Virus record (IMG/VR): IMGVR_UViG_3300025276_000020
Strand: one strand, 5' to 3'
DNA from: a virus
DNA: 64,000 bases
Notes under the pieces: model-generated
The model's input: only the letters and a program-made list of their open reading frames with translations
Database searches by the model: none
Told to the model about the DNA's origin: nothing
Part shown: positions 14,627 through 25,180 of the stretch, piece by piece
Layout: each line of letters starts with the position of its first letter
Position numbering within the stretch: the first letter of the stretch is position 1
Position numbers and translations under genes: made by a program

Positions 14627-16708
14627 ATGAGCGGAGGGTTTAGAAATCCATTGTGGTTCGTTGGTGTTGTAGAGTATCGTCACGATGCCACTAATGATGG
14701 TCGTGTGAAAGTGAGAGCATTTGGTATTCATAGCGAAGACAAAGAAGCAATGCCTACTGAAGCCTTACCATGGGCTATTGTTATTGATGGGTCATACGGA
14801 GCCTCTTCTAGCATACCTGATACTGGTGAATGGGTGTTTGGTTTCTTTATGGACGGACGAGACGCACAGCATCCTATGATACTAGGCAGGATACCAGGCA
14901 TTAACTTGCAATTACCACCAGAAGCAGGTGCGCCTAATGAAGTGTCTATGATACCAATGGCGTCTATAGATAAGTATGGTAAGCCTCCTTTGCATCGAGC
15001 GATGGGTGGTGAAGACGCAGAGATAGGTCAAGCAACTATACAAGCCGCATCACAGAAGAACGATATCGAATCAGCTACAGGCGAAACATGGTCTGAGCCA
15101 CCTATTATAACACCAGAAAAGAATCTTGACAATAGAATTTATACCAGTAAGAATGACAATAACTTTGTAGTCCTATCTGATAGTGAAGACGGAGATGGTA
15201 CATATATCTTAGTATCACATAGTAGTGGTTCTGCTATACAGATAGATGGTAACGGTACTGTCTTTATTAAGTCCTTTGGTGACACATACAATAGCTCTGA
15301 AGGGTTTACTATGAACCGTACTGAGAACGATCACGTGACCAATGTTGGTGGTGATTATCTTCTTAAGGTAGAGCGTGGATCAGGTAAGGTATGGATTAAT
15401 GGCGACTTAGATATCGAGTGCGAGAACTTTAATGTTACAGCCCGTGGTACCGCCAATATTAATGCCGCTGTCTCTACGAACATATCTGGTGGTAAAGTAG
15501 GAATCTTTGGTACTAGTGATGATATTAACTTAGCCGCTCAAGCAAACATTAAGATGAAAGCGGGTACTGCCTTGAACTTTGGTGGTATATATGGACAAGC
15601 ATTATATGGTGATATACATCTTGACAGTTATAAGATGAATCTGTATAGTAGTGCTTATACTAAGATACACAGCTTAGGTACTCCTGCTGTCTCTACACAG
15701 ACATTACCGTTTCCTGATGTGGGTCATCTGGGGATCGATATCAATAGTACGACATCATTGCGTATGAATTCTCTCCTTACTATGGACATTAATGCTGTTG
15801 GTGCGCTTGGTATTAACGCAGGAGCTGCCCTAGGAGTCAAGTCTGTTGGTACTATGGACTTATCAGCGGGTGCACAGCTAGGCATAGGCGCTGGTGGACT
15901 CGTTAATATGGACGGATCATTAGTGCTTATTGGTAATGGTACTGCAAGTGCTACAGCAGGCGTAGCGACAAGCACAATCACAGCATCTAAGGCAGCACAG
16001 CTAGTTCAGTCTGGTACGGCTGCAATACCTCCTTTAAGTATAACAGAAGTTGCCGCTGTTGTCAACCCCGGAGATATCCCTGCTTCACGTATTGGTGTAG
16101 GGTATTCGACAGGTGCTAATAAGCGAACAAGGAAGCCTGTACACTTGACAAGTCGCATGACTGATGATACAACAGACGGAGCATCCATACCAGGTGCAGT
16201 TACCTCTGCGGCGAATGCCGCTACTGCTGTCACTAAGGCAGGTACGTATGAGTCGAAAGAAGAACTAGAAGCAGACGTGTCGTTCCAAGATAAGTTAAAG
16301 TCTATGATAGAGAAGTTCCCTGGTCTTACGAAAGATGAACTGTATAGAGTTGTACAAGGCGAAAGTAATTTCAACACATCTGCACTAAATAGTGATAGTG
16401 GTGCAACTGGTCTATTCCAATTTATACCAGGCACTGCTGATTTCTTGGGCTATACGACAGGCAAGATACAGAATATGAATGCTACAGAACAGCTAGGCGT
16501 CTATGATGAATACCTCACTAAGTTTGATTATCGTGGGGGTGATCTAGGAATCATGCAAGCCGCACCAGCATATGCTAACAAGCCTAAAGACTATGAGGTT
16601 TATGCATACGGCACTAAAGCATGGGAACAGAATAAAGGATGGAGAGATACCTCTGGTAAGATAACAGTGTCGAGTATCAATGACTATTATAAAAATCAAA
16701 ACGTTTAG
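14627..16708 (+). CDS. 5: gp5 baseplate spike (OB fold and beta-helix) with a C-terminal lytic transglycosylase-like domain
   Basis: WFVGVVE..GRVKVRAFGIH..LPWA..GEWVFGFFMDG..QHPMILG; C-terminal ESNFN..A.N..SGATGLFQFIP.TA; GGAGGAG SD before 14627. Confidence 0.88.
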   Translation: MSGGFRNPLWFVGVVEYRHDATNDGRVKVRAFGIHSEDKEAMPTEALPWAIVIDGSYGASSSIPDTGEWVFGFFMDGRDAQHPMILGRIPGINLQLPPEAGAPNEVSMIPMASIDKYGKPPLHRAMGGEDAEIGQATIQAASQKNDIESATGETWSEPPIITPEKNLDNRIYTSKNDNNFVVLSDSEDGDGTYILVSHSSGSAIQIDGNGTVFIKSFGDTYNSSEGFTMNRTENDHVTNVGGDYLLKVERGSGKVWINGDLDIECENFNVTARGTANINAAVSTNISGGKVGIFGTSDDINLAAQANIKMKAGTALNFGGIYGQALYGDIHLDSYKMNLYSSAYTKIHSLGTPAVSTQTLPFPDVGHLGIDINSTTSLRMNSLLTMDINAVGALGINAGAALGVKSVGTMDLSAGAQLGIGAGGLVNMDGSLVLIGNGTASATAGVATSTITASKAAQLVQSGTAAIPPLSITEVAAVVNPGDIPASRIGVGYSTGANKRTRKPVHLTSRMTDDTTDGASIPGAVTSAANAATAVTKAGTYESKEELEADVSFQDKLKSMIEKFPGLTKDELYRVVQGESNFNTSALNSDSGATGLFQFIPGTADFLGYTTGKIQNMNATEQLGVYDEYLTKFDYRGGDLGIMQAAPAYANKPKDYEVYAYGTKAWEQNKGWRDTSGKITVSSINDYYKNQNV

Positions 16709-16716
16709 GACATAAC

Positions 16717-18390
16717 ATGAGTGCGATTTGCGAAAATACAACACCACTAGCATCTAGATTCGATTCTTCGATATTAAGACTTGACAGTGGAGCCTTTTCT
16801 GATATAATAGATATAACTAAGCTGGCAGATACTAACCCTGTTGAGAAAGTCAATAGGCAATCATTAGTAGATGTTACGAAGAAGACTAACGCTATATTAG
16901 GTGGTCTTGATCTATCTAACTATGATACACTAAGGGACCGATACGAGCAAGCACCATTAAGCTTTGTTGACATCGCTGACTTTGTGGTAGATAATAACTA
17001 TAGTATAACAGACCTTGACGATGATATCAAGAACTATAATCCATTTAATCCAACAGAAGTCGTACCCGTACCTGTCGATTCATACTTAACTGACTTAGAC
17101 TATCACCTGAATAAGAACTTAGGCAAGTCGATCTCATCTGGTATGTGTGGTGCATTCGCTAATGTATTCGGACAACTCACTGCCTTATTCATTCTTATTG
17201 ATACTGCTAGTGAATTAATGGGTGACATTAAGAACTTATTAGAGAAAGATCCCTTAAAAAAGGTCAAAGCTATCACTCTGAACCAAGTTATTACGAAGAT
17301 AAAGGACTTGGTGCTTGAGATTATAGACAAAGTTGTAGAACAATTACTTAAACAGATAGAGAAAGCAGTGACTGCCACCGTTGGAGCACTCAATGATATA
17401 CACGGTACTGGTCAAAAAGCATTCAAAAAGATACAAGAGATAGCAGAAGACATCAAAGAACTATTCTCCGAAGAAGGTATTAAGGACTTTAAGAAGAAAG
17501 TAGAAGCCTTTCTAGCTAAGACTTCAGCACAGTTCGAACGCCTTACTGTAGAGAACGTTGCTCTATTGATGTTTAGATTCTGTCAACTGACTGAAGTGAT
17601 TCAAGGCTTACTCAAGGGACCTGTTGATGGACTCAAAGCTCTCTCTAGTGCTATGATCGCAGAACATGCTGTACTGAGTGCCCTGAGTCTACGAGAGACA
17701 GAGAAGGCAGTCAAAGCAGGTGCTATACGTATTGATCCTAAAGAACGTAGAGACGCTAAGACTAAAGCTCAAGAGACAGTGAATGCATCAGCACCAACTA
17801 TTAAAGAAGTAGTAGCTGACGCTTCAATACAATCTAATTATATCACACCTTCTGAACTAAGTCAAGTAGAAATTAAAACTATTTCCGATAATCGTACAGA
17901 AGCAGGCGTACCAGGGAAGTTCACATACACAAGTGCTGTTATTAATCAGAACGACTACGAAGGTAAAGAGCTTAAGGGTGCGGGATATAAGAAGATAGAT
18001 CCAGTAGTACTAGGTAAGCTACTACGCATATGTGAGCAGACAGGACAGTCATACGTTATTAACTCTGGCTATAGATCGCCTAAGAAGAATAAGAAAGTTG
18101 GTGGTGCTAAATTGTCACAGCACATGACAGGTAAAGCCATTGACGTACAAGTAAAAGGATCGTATGAAGACAGAGCAGAGTTTGTTGTGGCAGCGAGTCG
18201 AGCAGGCTTTACTGGCATTGGTGTATACTCATCATTCATACATCTAGACATACGTGACTATAGAGTCAGTTGGGTCGGGGGTGAGAGATATACTCCTAGC
18301 GATTACCCTGTACCAGATAGTCAACTCAGTAAATGGGTCGCTCATGTAGATAAGCATGATAAAGATTTATTCCGTACGAAAACAGCATAA
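16717..18390 (+). CDS. Coiled-coil protein with a C-terminal peptidase M15A (Zn D-Ala-D-Ala peptidase-like) domain
   Basis: INSGYRSPKKNKKVGGAKLSQHMTGKAIDV...GIGVYSSFIHLDIR. Confidence 0.88.
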   Translation: MSAICENTTPLASRFDSSILRLDSGAFSDIIDITKLADTNPVEKVNRQSLVDVTKKTNAILGGLDLSNYDTLRDRYEQAPLSFVDIADFVVDNNYSITDLDDDIKNYNPFNPTEVVPVPVDSYLTDLDYHLNKNLGKSISSGMCGAFANVFGQLTALFILIDTASELMGDIKNLLEKDPLKKVKAITLNQVITKIKDLVLEIIDKVVEQLLKQIEKAVTATVGALNDIHGTGQKAFKKIQEIAEDIKELFSEEGIKDFKKKVEAFLAKTSAQFERLTVENVALLMFRFCQLTEVIQGLLKGPVDGLKALSSAMIAEHAVLSALSLRETEKAVKAGAIRIDPKERRDAKTKAQETVNASAPTIKEVVADASIQSNYITPSELSQVEIKTISDNRTEAGVPGKFTYTSAVINQNDYEGKELKGAGYKKIDPVVLGKLLRICEQTGQSYVINSGYRSPKKNKKVGGAKLSQHMTGKAIDVQVKGSYEDRAEFVVAASRAGFTGIGVYSSFIHLDIRDYRVSWVGGERYTPSDYPVPDSQLSKWVAHVDKHDKDLFRTKTA

Positions 18391-18417
18391 ATAGATATAA
18401 CACAAAGGTAATTACTA

Positions 18418-18831
18418 ATGGCAGAGACGATCACACCACGCACTAGATTCAAAGCTGTATACTCAGACTTCCATAAGGATCTTTCGCCTATTCCAGGCAG
18501 GGGTGATATAGCACGTAGACTGAATGAGAACTCTGTACGAGAAGCTATTAAGAACCTCATACTATTAGACAAAGGAGAGCGACTGTTTCAGCCTAACTTA
18601 GGCAGCGATATTCGTGCATCGTTATTCGAGAACGTTACACCTACTACTATCATTCTACTCAAAGACAAAGTACGTGAGGCACTTAACGCATATGAACCAC
18701 GCTGTAATCTATTAGATGTAGAAGTACTAGGTGACATAGACGAGAATGCGATAACAGTCAACGTTGTTTTCAACGTCATAAATAGTGAAGCACCACAATC
18801 AATTTCAATAGGCATCGACAGGGTAAGATAA
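18418..18831 (+). CDS. 25: gp25 baseplate wedge subunit
   Basis: IKNLILLDKGERLFQPNLGSDI..LFE..YEPR. Confidence 0.93.
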   Translation: MAETITPRTRFKAVYSDFHKDLSPIPGRGDIARRLNENSVREAIKNLILLDKGERLFQPNLGSDIRASLFENVTPTTIILLKDKVREALNAYEPRCNLLDVEVLGDIDENAITVNVVFNVINSEAPQSISIGIDRVR

Positions 18832-20589
18832 ATGGCAAACATATCACCAGTAACTAACTTAGATTTCTTCGCTACGAAGACAGCACTTAAGACGTTTCTT
18901 AAGAATCAGGATAGGTTTGCTGACTACGACTTCGAAGGATCGAACATGAATGTTCTCCTAGATGTACTATCATATAATACGTTCTATAACAACTACTATT
19001 ATAACATGGCTATTAGCGAGATGTTTCTCGACTCAGCACAAGAACGTAATAGTATTATATCACATGCCAAGGAATTAAACTACCTACCACGTTCACGTAG
19101 ATCCTCGATGGCTACTGTTACGTTGAATATCACTGCTACACAAGACTCGAACTACTTTACTATTCCTGCTAATACATCACTGTCAGGTAAGTGTGGTAAT
19201 ACTACATTTTCTTTCTTGACAGACAAGACAAATACTGCTATACGTAATGCTAACACAAACACGTTTACTATCACAGGCATGCAAGCATTTCAAGGGCGTC
19301 TTATGAGTGAGACGCTATCTGTATCAGACTCTATTCTATCTAACTCATGGATTGACACACGCTCATTGTATGTTACAGTGAATGGTGTAGAGTACGTACA
19401 GAAGAGCGACATCTTTGGCATTAGTGCTACACAGAAAGTATTCTATCTCCAGCCCGAAGAAGATGGCAAGTATAGCCTACAGTTTGGTCAGAACACGTTT
19501 GGTGCTCAGCCAGAGACTGCTGACGTTATCGTTGCTACGTATAGGATATGTAATGGTGGTGATGCTGATGGTGTCAAGTCGTTTACGATAGCACAGAACA
19601 TTGGCGGCGCCTCATCTATATCAACAAACGTTACAGTACCTTCTACTGGTGGATTTCTTTCTGAGACTATCGAGTCTATACGAACATTCGCACCTAAGGC
19701 ATTACAAGTACAAGATCGTGCTGTTACAAAGAGTGACTATGAAGTACTACTGAGAAATCGATTTCCTAACATTCAAGCTATATCTGTATACGGTGGTGAT
19801 GAAGTTATACCACCACAATATGGTAAAGTGATTATCTCTGTAGACGTTACTGGTGGACAGGGAGCGGCAGACTTTGAGATCGCTGACTTTAAAGAGTATC
19901 TGAAAGACAAGACACCACTGACTATCGAACCAGTATTCGTAGCGGCTAAGTTCTTATTCATTGACACAGTAGTCAATGTAGTGTATGATGCAAACATCAC
20001 TACGAAGAGTGCGGCTCAGATACGAAGCGAAGTTATTGCTTCTATTGTAGCATACCAGACTACGAATCTCAATGACTTTAATAAGACATTGCGCCAGTCT
20101 AGGTTATCTGCTACACTTGATGCTCTCGATAACTCTATCATCTCTACTGATATCTTTGCACAGCCTATCATTGAGATCAAGCCTACATTGTCTATTGTCC
20201 AGAATCCCGCATTCTCTTATGAGTCTACGCTAGTACAGCCGTATCCATTTGATGCTGTTACTGGCTTCTCATCATTCACACCAGCTATTAAGACTACTAA
20301 GTTCACGATAGAAGGATCTCTTGTCACACTACAAGACGACGGTAAGGGCTCTATCATGGCTGTGACAGCAGGTACTACTATAGAAGGTGTATTCAAACGT
20401 AACGTTGGTACAGTTGATTATAGCACAGGTGCTGTTAAGTTGTCAAATCTTATTGTTGATTCATATGAAGGCGATGCTATTAAGTTCACTGCTAACACAA
20501 TTAATAAAGATGTCAAGTCTCCTAAGGACAGAATCATCTCTATACGCAACCAAGACATTACAGTTAACGTAACACAATTAACGGAATAA
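18832..20589 (+). CDS. 6: gp6 baseplate wedge subunit
   Basis: LDF..K..L..F.DYDFEGSNMNVLLDVLSYNT, EMFLDSA, QDRAVTKSDY, PPQYGKV. Confidence 0.95.
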   Translation: MANISPVTNLDFFATKTALKTFLKNQDRFADYDFEGSNMNVLLDVLSYNTFYNNYYYNMAISEMFLDSAQERNSIISHAKELNYLPRSRRSSMATVTLNITATQDSNYFTIPANTSLSGKCGNTTFSFLTDKTNTAIRNANTNTFTITGMQAFQGRLMSETLSVSDSILSNSWIDTRSLYVTVNGVEYVQKSDIFGISATQKVFYLQPEEDGKYSLQFGQNTFGAQPETADVIVATYRICNGGDADGVKSFTIAQNIGGASSISTNVTVPSTGGFLSETIESIRTFAPKALQVQDRAVTKSDYEVLLRNRFPNIQAISVYGGDEVIPPQYGKVIISVDVTGGQGAADFEIADFKEYLKDKTPLTIEPVFVAAKFLFIDTVVNVVYDANITTKSAAQIRSEVIASIVAYQTTNLNDFNKTLRQSRLSATLDALDNSIISTDIFAQPIIEIKPTLSIVQNPAFSYESTLVQPYPFDAVTGFSSFTPAIKTTKFTIEGSLVTLQDDGKGSIMAVTAGTTIEGVFKRNVGTVDYSTGAVKLSNLIVDSYEGDAIKFTANTINKDVKSPKDRIISIRNQDITVNVTQLTE

Positions 20590-20592
20590 AAC

Positions 20593-23289
20593 ATGCTAGA
20601 CGTTTCAAGTAATATTTCGACATTCATCGAAGAACAGTATCCTGCTCTCTATAGGGAAGAGGGTAACTTTCTTGTTGAGTTCACGAAAGCATACTACGAC
20701 TTCAACGACTCTACTATGGATAGAAATATTCCAAAGCTACGAGACCTTGATACGACACTAGCTAATTTTCTCATCTTCTTTAAGAAGAAGTTTCTGCATG
20801 AGTTACCTCTTGATACGATAATCGATACTAAGTTTATTATAAAACATATTCAAGACTTATACAAGAGAAAAGGTTCTGAAGAATCACTCCGCTTGCTATT
20901 TCAAATGTTCTATGATACAGAGATCGAAGTCTTCTATCCTAGTCAGAACATATTAAAGCCTTCGGACTCAGTATGGGGTGGGGCAATCTATCTAGAACTC
21001 CAAGCTGTTGCGACTGTGATAGGATATCCTATTCAACGTGGTGACAAGCTGAACGGAGACATCTCTGGTGCTGTAGGCTTTGTAGATGAGATCGTCTTCA
21101 TTAACTTCACTGGTTCATTAATACCTATTGCATATATCTCTAATGTATCAGGAACATTTACTTCAGACGATGGCATACTAGTTACACGTGGTACAGCATC
21201 GCCTGTTAATCGTGGTAAGCTAATACAGGGTTCTGTTAGTACAGTTACAGTAGACTCAAGTAGTAGAATAGCTGGACAGCAAGTCGGTGATAAACTAAAG
21301 CTACAATCAAACGAGAGTGGTACCTCTGCTACAGCATCAGTTAAATCAGTATCTACTGTAAGCACTGGTCAGATAGACTTCGCTATATCAGATACTGGAT
21401 ATGGATACGCTTTACCTACTACTAATAACGATATCTTAATATCTAATCAAGTTGTTGTGCTTCAGCAGTCCTTAACGCCTACGGTCAATGTCGGTGATTG
21501 GATCTATGCAGAAGGGCATTCCTCTGCTGTGACTCAGATCAGTACTGCGTCTGGAGCGGCTTCTGTATCTGGTAATATCACAGGTGGCGGGCGAATCGTT
21601 GGATATGAACACCCCCTCATCTATGTGAATACCATAGATAGAACACGTACCGAGTTTCTTACCTATGTTCATGCTCAGATTACTTTAGCGGCAAACAAAG
21701 ACTCATCGATTGATCCTAAGATGAGTGCGGTATTTAATCGCAATCATAGTACAGGTTATAGACTAGGTGATATCAGCAACTCAGGATACGTTGCGGCTCA
21801 AGATAGACATATCACTCAAACTGATGTTAATGCTATGAATTCATATAAGAATGGCACAACTCTCTCAGCGGCTAAGACTGCTTGGATAGAAAACATATTA
21901 TTACCTAACATCTTTGCTACTGGATACGGACACGACTTTAACGTATTACCTACTAATGGTCAAGCTGATTTTATTGTGGGCACACAAACATTAAACGCTG
22001 TGAGTATCGGAGCCTTTAATGCCACTGCTTCTTATACTATCGACTCTATCTCTGCGACTGATCGAGAAAATGTAGATATCATTGTTGACTTGATTGGAGA
22101 CTTTACTAACACACCACTTCAAGTTACTGTCAATGCTACAGCAATGGTTAATCCTAAAGTGTATGAGATCAATGTTGTAGGCAACACTAACTTTACATTA
22201 GTCGGTGCGGCTGATAACAATGTAGGTACTCGATTCACAGCGACAGCCGCTGGAACTGGAACTGGTACTGTTGTTGATGTTGTAGAGACTAACTATAGGA
22301 TGAGTGGTGCTACAGAAGAGACGTTGAATACTAAATTCAAAGACGCATTTATTCCTCTTAATGTTACAATAGGCTCTATCGATAATATTATTAATGGTAA
22401 CTCGGGCAGTCGATACACTAGTGATGTATTTACTGAGGCAAACTTTGCTGACGTATCACGATTTGATAAGAAAGATCCTATTCTGACATTTAATACTCCT
22501 GACTTCTTACTAGAAGTAGGTGATACTGTGACTCAAAATCTTACTATCGAGAACCCTGATCTCAGTTCTGCTACAGCTACTATAGCTTATGTCGCTAAGG
22601 GAAGGTTCTTGAAGCGAGAGGGCAACGACTTCTACTTTAAGCAACTCAGCTTCTATGACTTCCAAGTTGGTGTAGGAGTTAATATACGAGGTAACTTAGA
22701 AACTCTATCAGCGATTACTCGTGATAACACATCTTTACCTATGGGACGCAATGCAGTCATTGATGGTCCAGCTAGTTTTCAGACTGGTCAGATTGAATCA
22801 GTTGATATATTAAACACTGGCTATAGATACGCTGACAACGAAAGAGTTGAGTTACTCGACACAGATGATATAGTTGTTGCTACAGCAAAGATAAGAACAC
22901 AGGGACCTGGCTTGACTGAGGGTAGATGGAGAACCACTACTTCATTCTTAAGCGAGAACACTAAGAAGCTTGCAGACAACTATTACTATCAAGAGTATTC
23001 ATATGACATCGGATCTATTGTTGATCCTGATAAGTACAAGTCGCTCATCGATAATGTAGTAGGAGTTGCTGGCACAAAACTCTTCAGTTCCCCTCTCATA
23101 AATAGTAATAACGATCTATCATCAAAGCTTGATGTCGAGTTTGAGGTTTGGGATATAACAGAAAATGGACTTCAGAACGAAGAAGGTACACAGACTATTA
23201 ACACTGAACAGAATACAGGACTAGTAGCTACAATAATAACACTTGACACTTCAACGAGTGCTTCAATAACAACATCGATAGGAACTTAA
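20593..23289 (+). CDS. 7: gp7-like baseplate wedge initiator
   Basis: FIEEQYP, IKHIQDLYKRKGSEESLRLLF, DNYYYQEYSYDI. Confidence 0.8.
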   Translation: MLDVSSNISTFIEEQYPALYREEGNFLVEFTKAYYDFNDSTMDRNIPKLRDLDTTLANFLIFFKKKFLHELPLDTIIDTKFIIKHIQDLYKRKGSEESLRLLFQMFYDTEIEVFYPSQNILKPSDSVWGGAIYLELQAVATVIGYPIQRGDKLNGDISGAVGFVDEIVFINFTGSLIPIAYISNVSGTFTSDDGILVTRGTASPVNRGKLIQGSVSTVTVDSSSRIAGQQVGDKLKLQSNESGTSATASVKSVSTVSTGQIDFAISDTGYGYALPTTNNDILISNQVVVLQQSLTPTVNVGDWIYAEGHSSAVTQISTASGAASVSGNITGGGRIVGYEHPLIYVNTIDRTRTEFLTYVHAQITLAANKDSSIDPKMSAVFNRNHSTGYRLGDISNSGYVAAQDRHITQTDVNAMNSYKNGTTLSAAKTAWIENILLPNIFATGYGHDFNVLPTNGQADFIVGTQTLNAVSIGAFNATASYTIDSISATDRENVDIIVDLIGDFTNTPLQVTVNATAMVNPKVYEINVVGNTNFTLVGAADNNVGTRFTATAAGTGTGTVVDVVETNYRMSGATEETLNTKFKDAFIPLNVTIGSIDNIINGNSGSRYTSDVFTEANFADVSRFDKKDPILTFNTPDFLLEVGDTVTQNLTIENPDLSSATATIAYVAKGRFLKREGNDFYFKQLSFYDFQVGVGVNIRGNLETLSAITRDNTSLPMGRNAVIDGPASFQTGQIESVDILNTGYRYADNERVELLDTDDIVVATAKIRTQGPGLTEGRWRTTTSFLSENTKKLADNYYYQEYSYDIGSIVDPDKYKSLIDNVVGVAGTKLFSSPLINSNNDLSSKLDVEFEVWDITENGLQNEEGTQTINTEQNTGLVATIITLDTSTSASITTSIGT

Positions 23290-23300
23290 CGGGTACAATA

Positions 23301-25163
23301 ATGGCAAAAATTATTACTGAAAATTTTAAAGTAGAGACTACGAATGAGTTGTTTAACTCTTTCCTTAGTACTAATGCAACCGTTGGGTCTAACTTTGCAA
23401 CATCTTTGGCAGCGTACAACACCACCAGCAGTTTAAGTCTTTCTTCTGGCAACCAGACTGCTATAACTGGATTTGTTAATACGCAACTAGCATCATTAAA
23501 ACCAGAGTCTGATTATTATATCATGGGCTCTAGTGTCGATAAAGCTAATGATATATTAAACACTCAATTCGAAAAGCGAGAGTTTCAACGAAGAGTTATA
23601 TTCGGTAACAAGGTTACTGATGACGATGTTAGATATATGTTTATGCTGAATGATTGGACATCTGGTACTATCTATGATGACTTCGATGACACTCAAGATT
23701 CAAGTCTTCTTAACATGTTCGTCACTATCACTAATGACGAAGGAAACTATTACGTCTATAAGTGTATCAGCAATAGTAACGCAACGGCTTCTACAGTAGC
23801 ACCAAGTATTAATGTTGGAGTTGATGGAGGAGTGAGCGCAAGCACATACGAGACAGTAACATCTAGTGATGGATACGTATGGAAATATATGTTCTCAGTA
23901 ACTAACTCAGATGCTAAGGTATTTGCCACGACCGATAGTTTACCTCTACCTTATCCTGCTTATGGAGATGCGGCAGTTAAGGCTGCGGCAAAAGAAGACG
24001 TATCACAAGTTATAATCACCAATACTCCTAATAGTTTATTCGCTTCATGCACATTCGGACCAGGCACAGTTGAAGAGACTGATCCTACTGGGATAGCCTC
24101 AGCCTCTACAGTAACACTAGACTCAGTTGTGGTAGATGGCACTGACACTAATAAGAAAAGTATTAGAGTTAAAATATCTCCTAAGTCTGGAAACTTTCTA
24201 GCTACTGCAAATAACTTCTATACGAATTTGTATCTATGGAGAAGTGATGGTAAAGTGTTTGATATCTTAACATCTGTTGTGCCTTCTGCTAGTGGAGTTT
24301 TTATTGACGTTGTTATATCTACGACAGAGACTAAAGCTTCTTTCGATGATGGGGCAAAGACATATAAACTTCTGCCTAAAATTTCTGTGAGTAGAAGTGT
24401 AAGCACTGGTATACCTTGTATTGCATATGGCATTATAGATAGATTCGGAACTCTTGTAAATGTTGAATTTCAAAATAAGGGTACTAAGTATAAACATGCC
24501 ACAGCAACTCTTCTTTTACCACCTGGAGTAGCAGAGGCAGCTAGTACAGCTAGTTTAACACCTACGTCACTGAGAGCAGTAGTGTCGCCTAAAGGTGGTC
24601 ACGGATCAAACCCGATTAATGAAATGTCGATGAGTAGATTAGCAGTCATCACAAACTTCTCGGGTGAAGACGTGCTGATACCAGACTCTAACAACTACAC
24701 CAAAGTAGCACTGTTAAAGAATCCTACATTCAGTGATGGAACAAACCCAACACAGTTCGACAATAGAACAGTGATAACAATAGCGGGTAATGTAACATCC
24801 ACTGCTGTTGTCGGTAGTTATATAACACAATCAGTTACATTGTCAGGAGGTACTGGCACAGAGAGCGAGACTGTAATAGGCAGAATACATGAGAGCGTTT
24901 ATGATGGTAGCACCAATACGCTAATATATTTGGTTGACTATTCTGGAGATTTTCAGAATATATATCAGACGGGCGATGTTTATGTAAGAACTACCCCAAC
25001 CTCATCAGATGCTAATGTATTGAGTATAAATAATGCTAGTAATGATGTTGTTTATGGGAAGTATTCTCCATACACTGGAGAGATTCTACACTTCGTAGAT
25101 TTTGATCCTATTGAACGGCAAGCAGATCGTAAAGAAAAAATAAAGTTTATCTTCGACTTTTAA
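23301..25163 (+). CDS. 8: gp8-like baseplate wedge subunit
   Basis: WTSGTIYD, VYKCISN, SDGYVWKYMF, SPKGGHGSNP, DRKEKIKFIFDF. Confidence 0.85.
   Translation: MAKIITENFKVETTNELFNSFLSTNATVGSNFATSLAAYNTTSSLSLSSGNQTAITGFVNTQLASLKPESDYYIMGSSVDKANDILNTQFEKREFQRRVIFGNKVTDDDVRYMFMLNDWTSGTIYDDFDDTQDSSLLNMFVTITNDEGNYYVYKCISNSNATASTVAPSINVGVDGGVSASTYETVTSSDGYVWKYMFSVTNSDAKVFATTDSLPLPYPAYGDAAVKAAAKEDVSQVIITNTPNSLFASCTFGPGTVEETDPTGIASASTVTLDSVVVDGTDTNKKSIRVKISPKSGNFLATANNFYTNLYLWRSDGKVFDILTSVVPSASGVFIDVVISTTETKASFDDGAKTYKLLPKISVSRSVSTGIPCIAYGIIDRFGTLVNVEFQNKGTKYKHATATLLLPPGVAEAASTASLTPTSLRAVVSPKGGHGSNPINEMSMSRLAVITNFSGEDVLIPDSNNYTKVALLKNPTFSDGTNPTQFDNRTVITIAGNVTSTAVVGSYITQSVTLSGGTGTESETVIGRIHESVYDGSTNTLIYLVDYSGDFQNIYQTGDVYVRTTPTSSDANVLSINNASNDVVYGKYSPYTGEILHFVDFDPIERQADRKEKIKFIFDF
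25025..25032 (+). promoter_or_regulatory. T4 late promoter inside the gp8 3' end
   Basis: TATAAATA about 150 nt before the next gene. Confidence 0.6.
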
Positions 25164-25180
25164 GGAAAAGAGTATAATAC

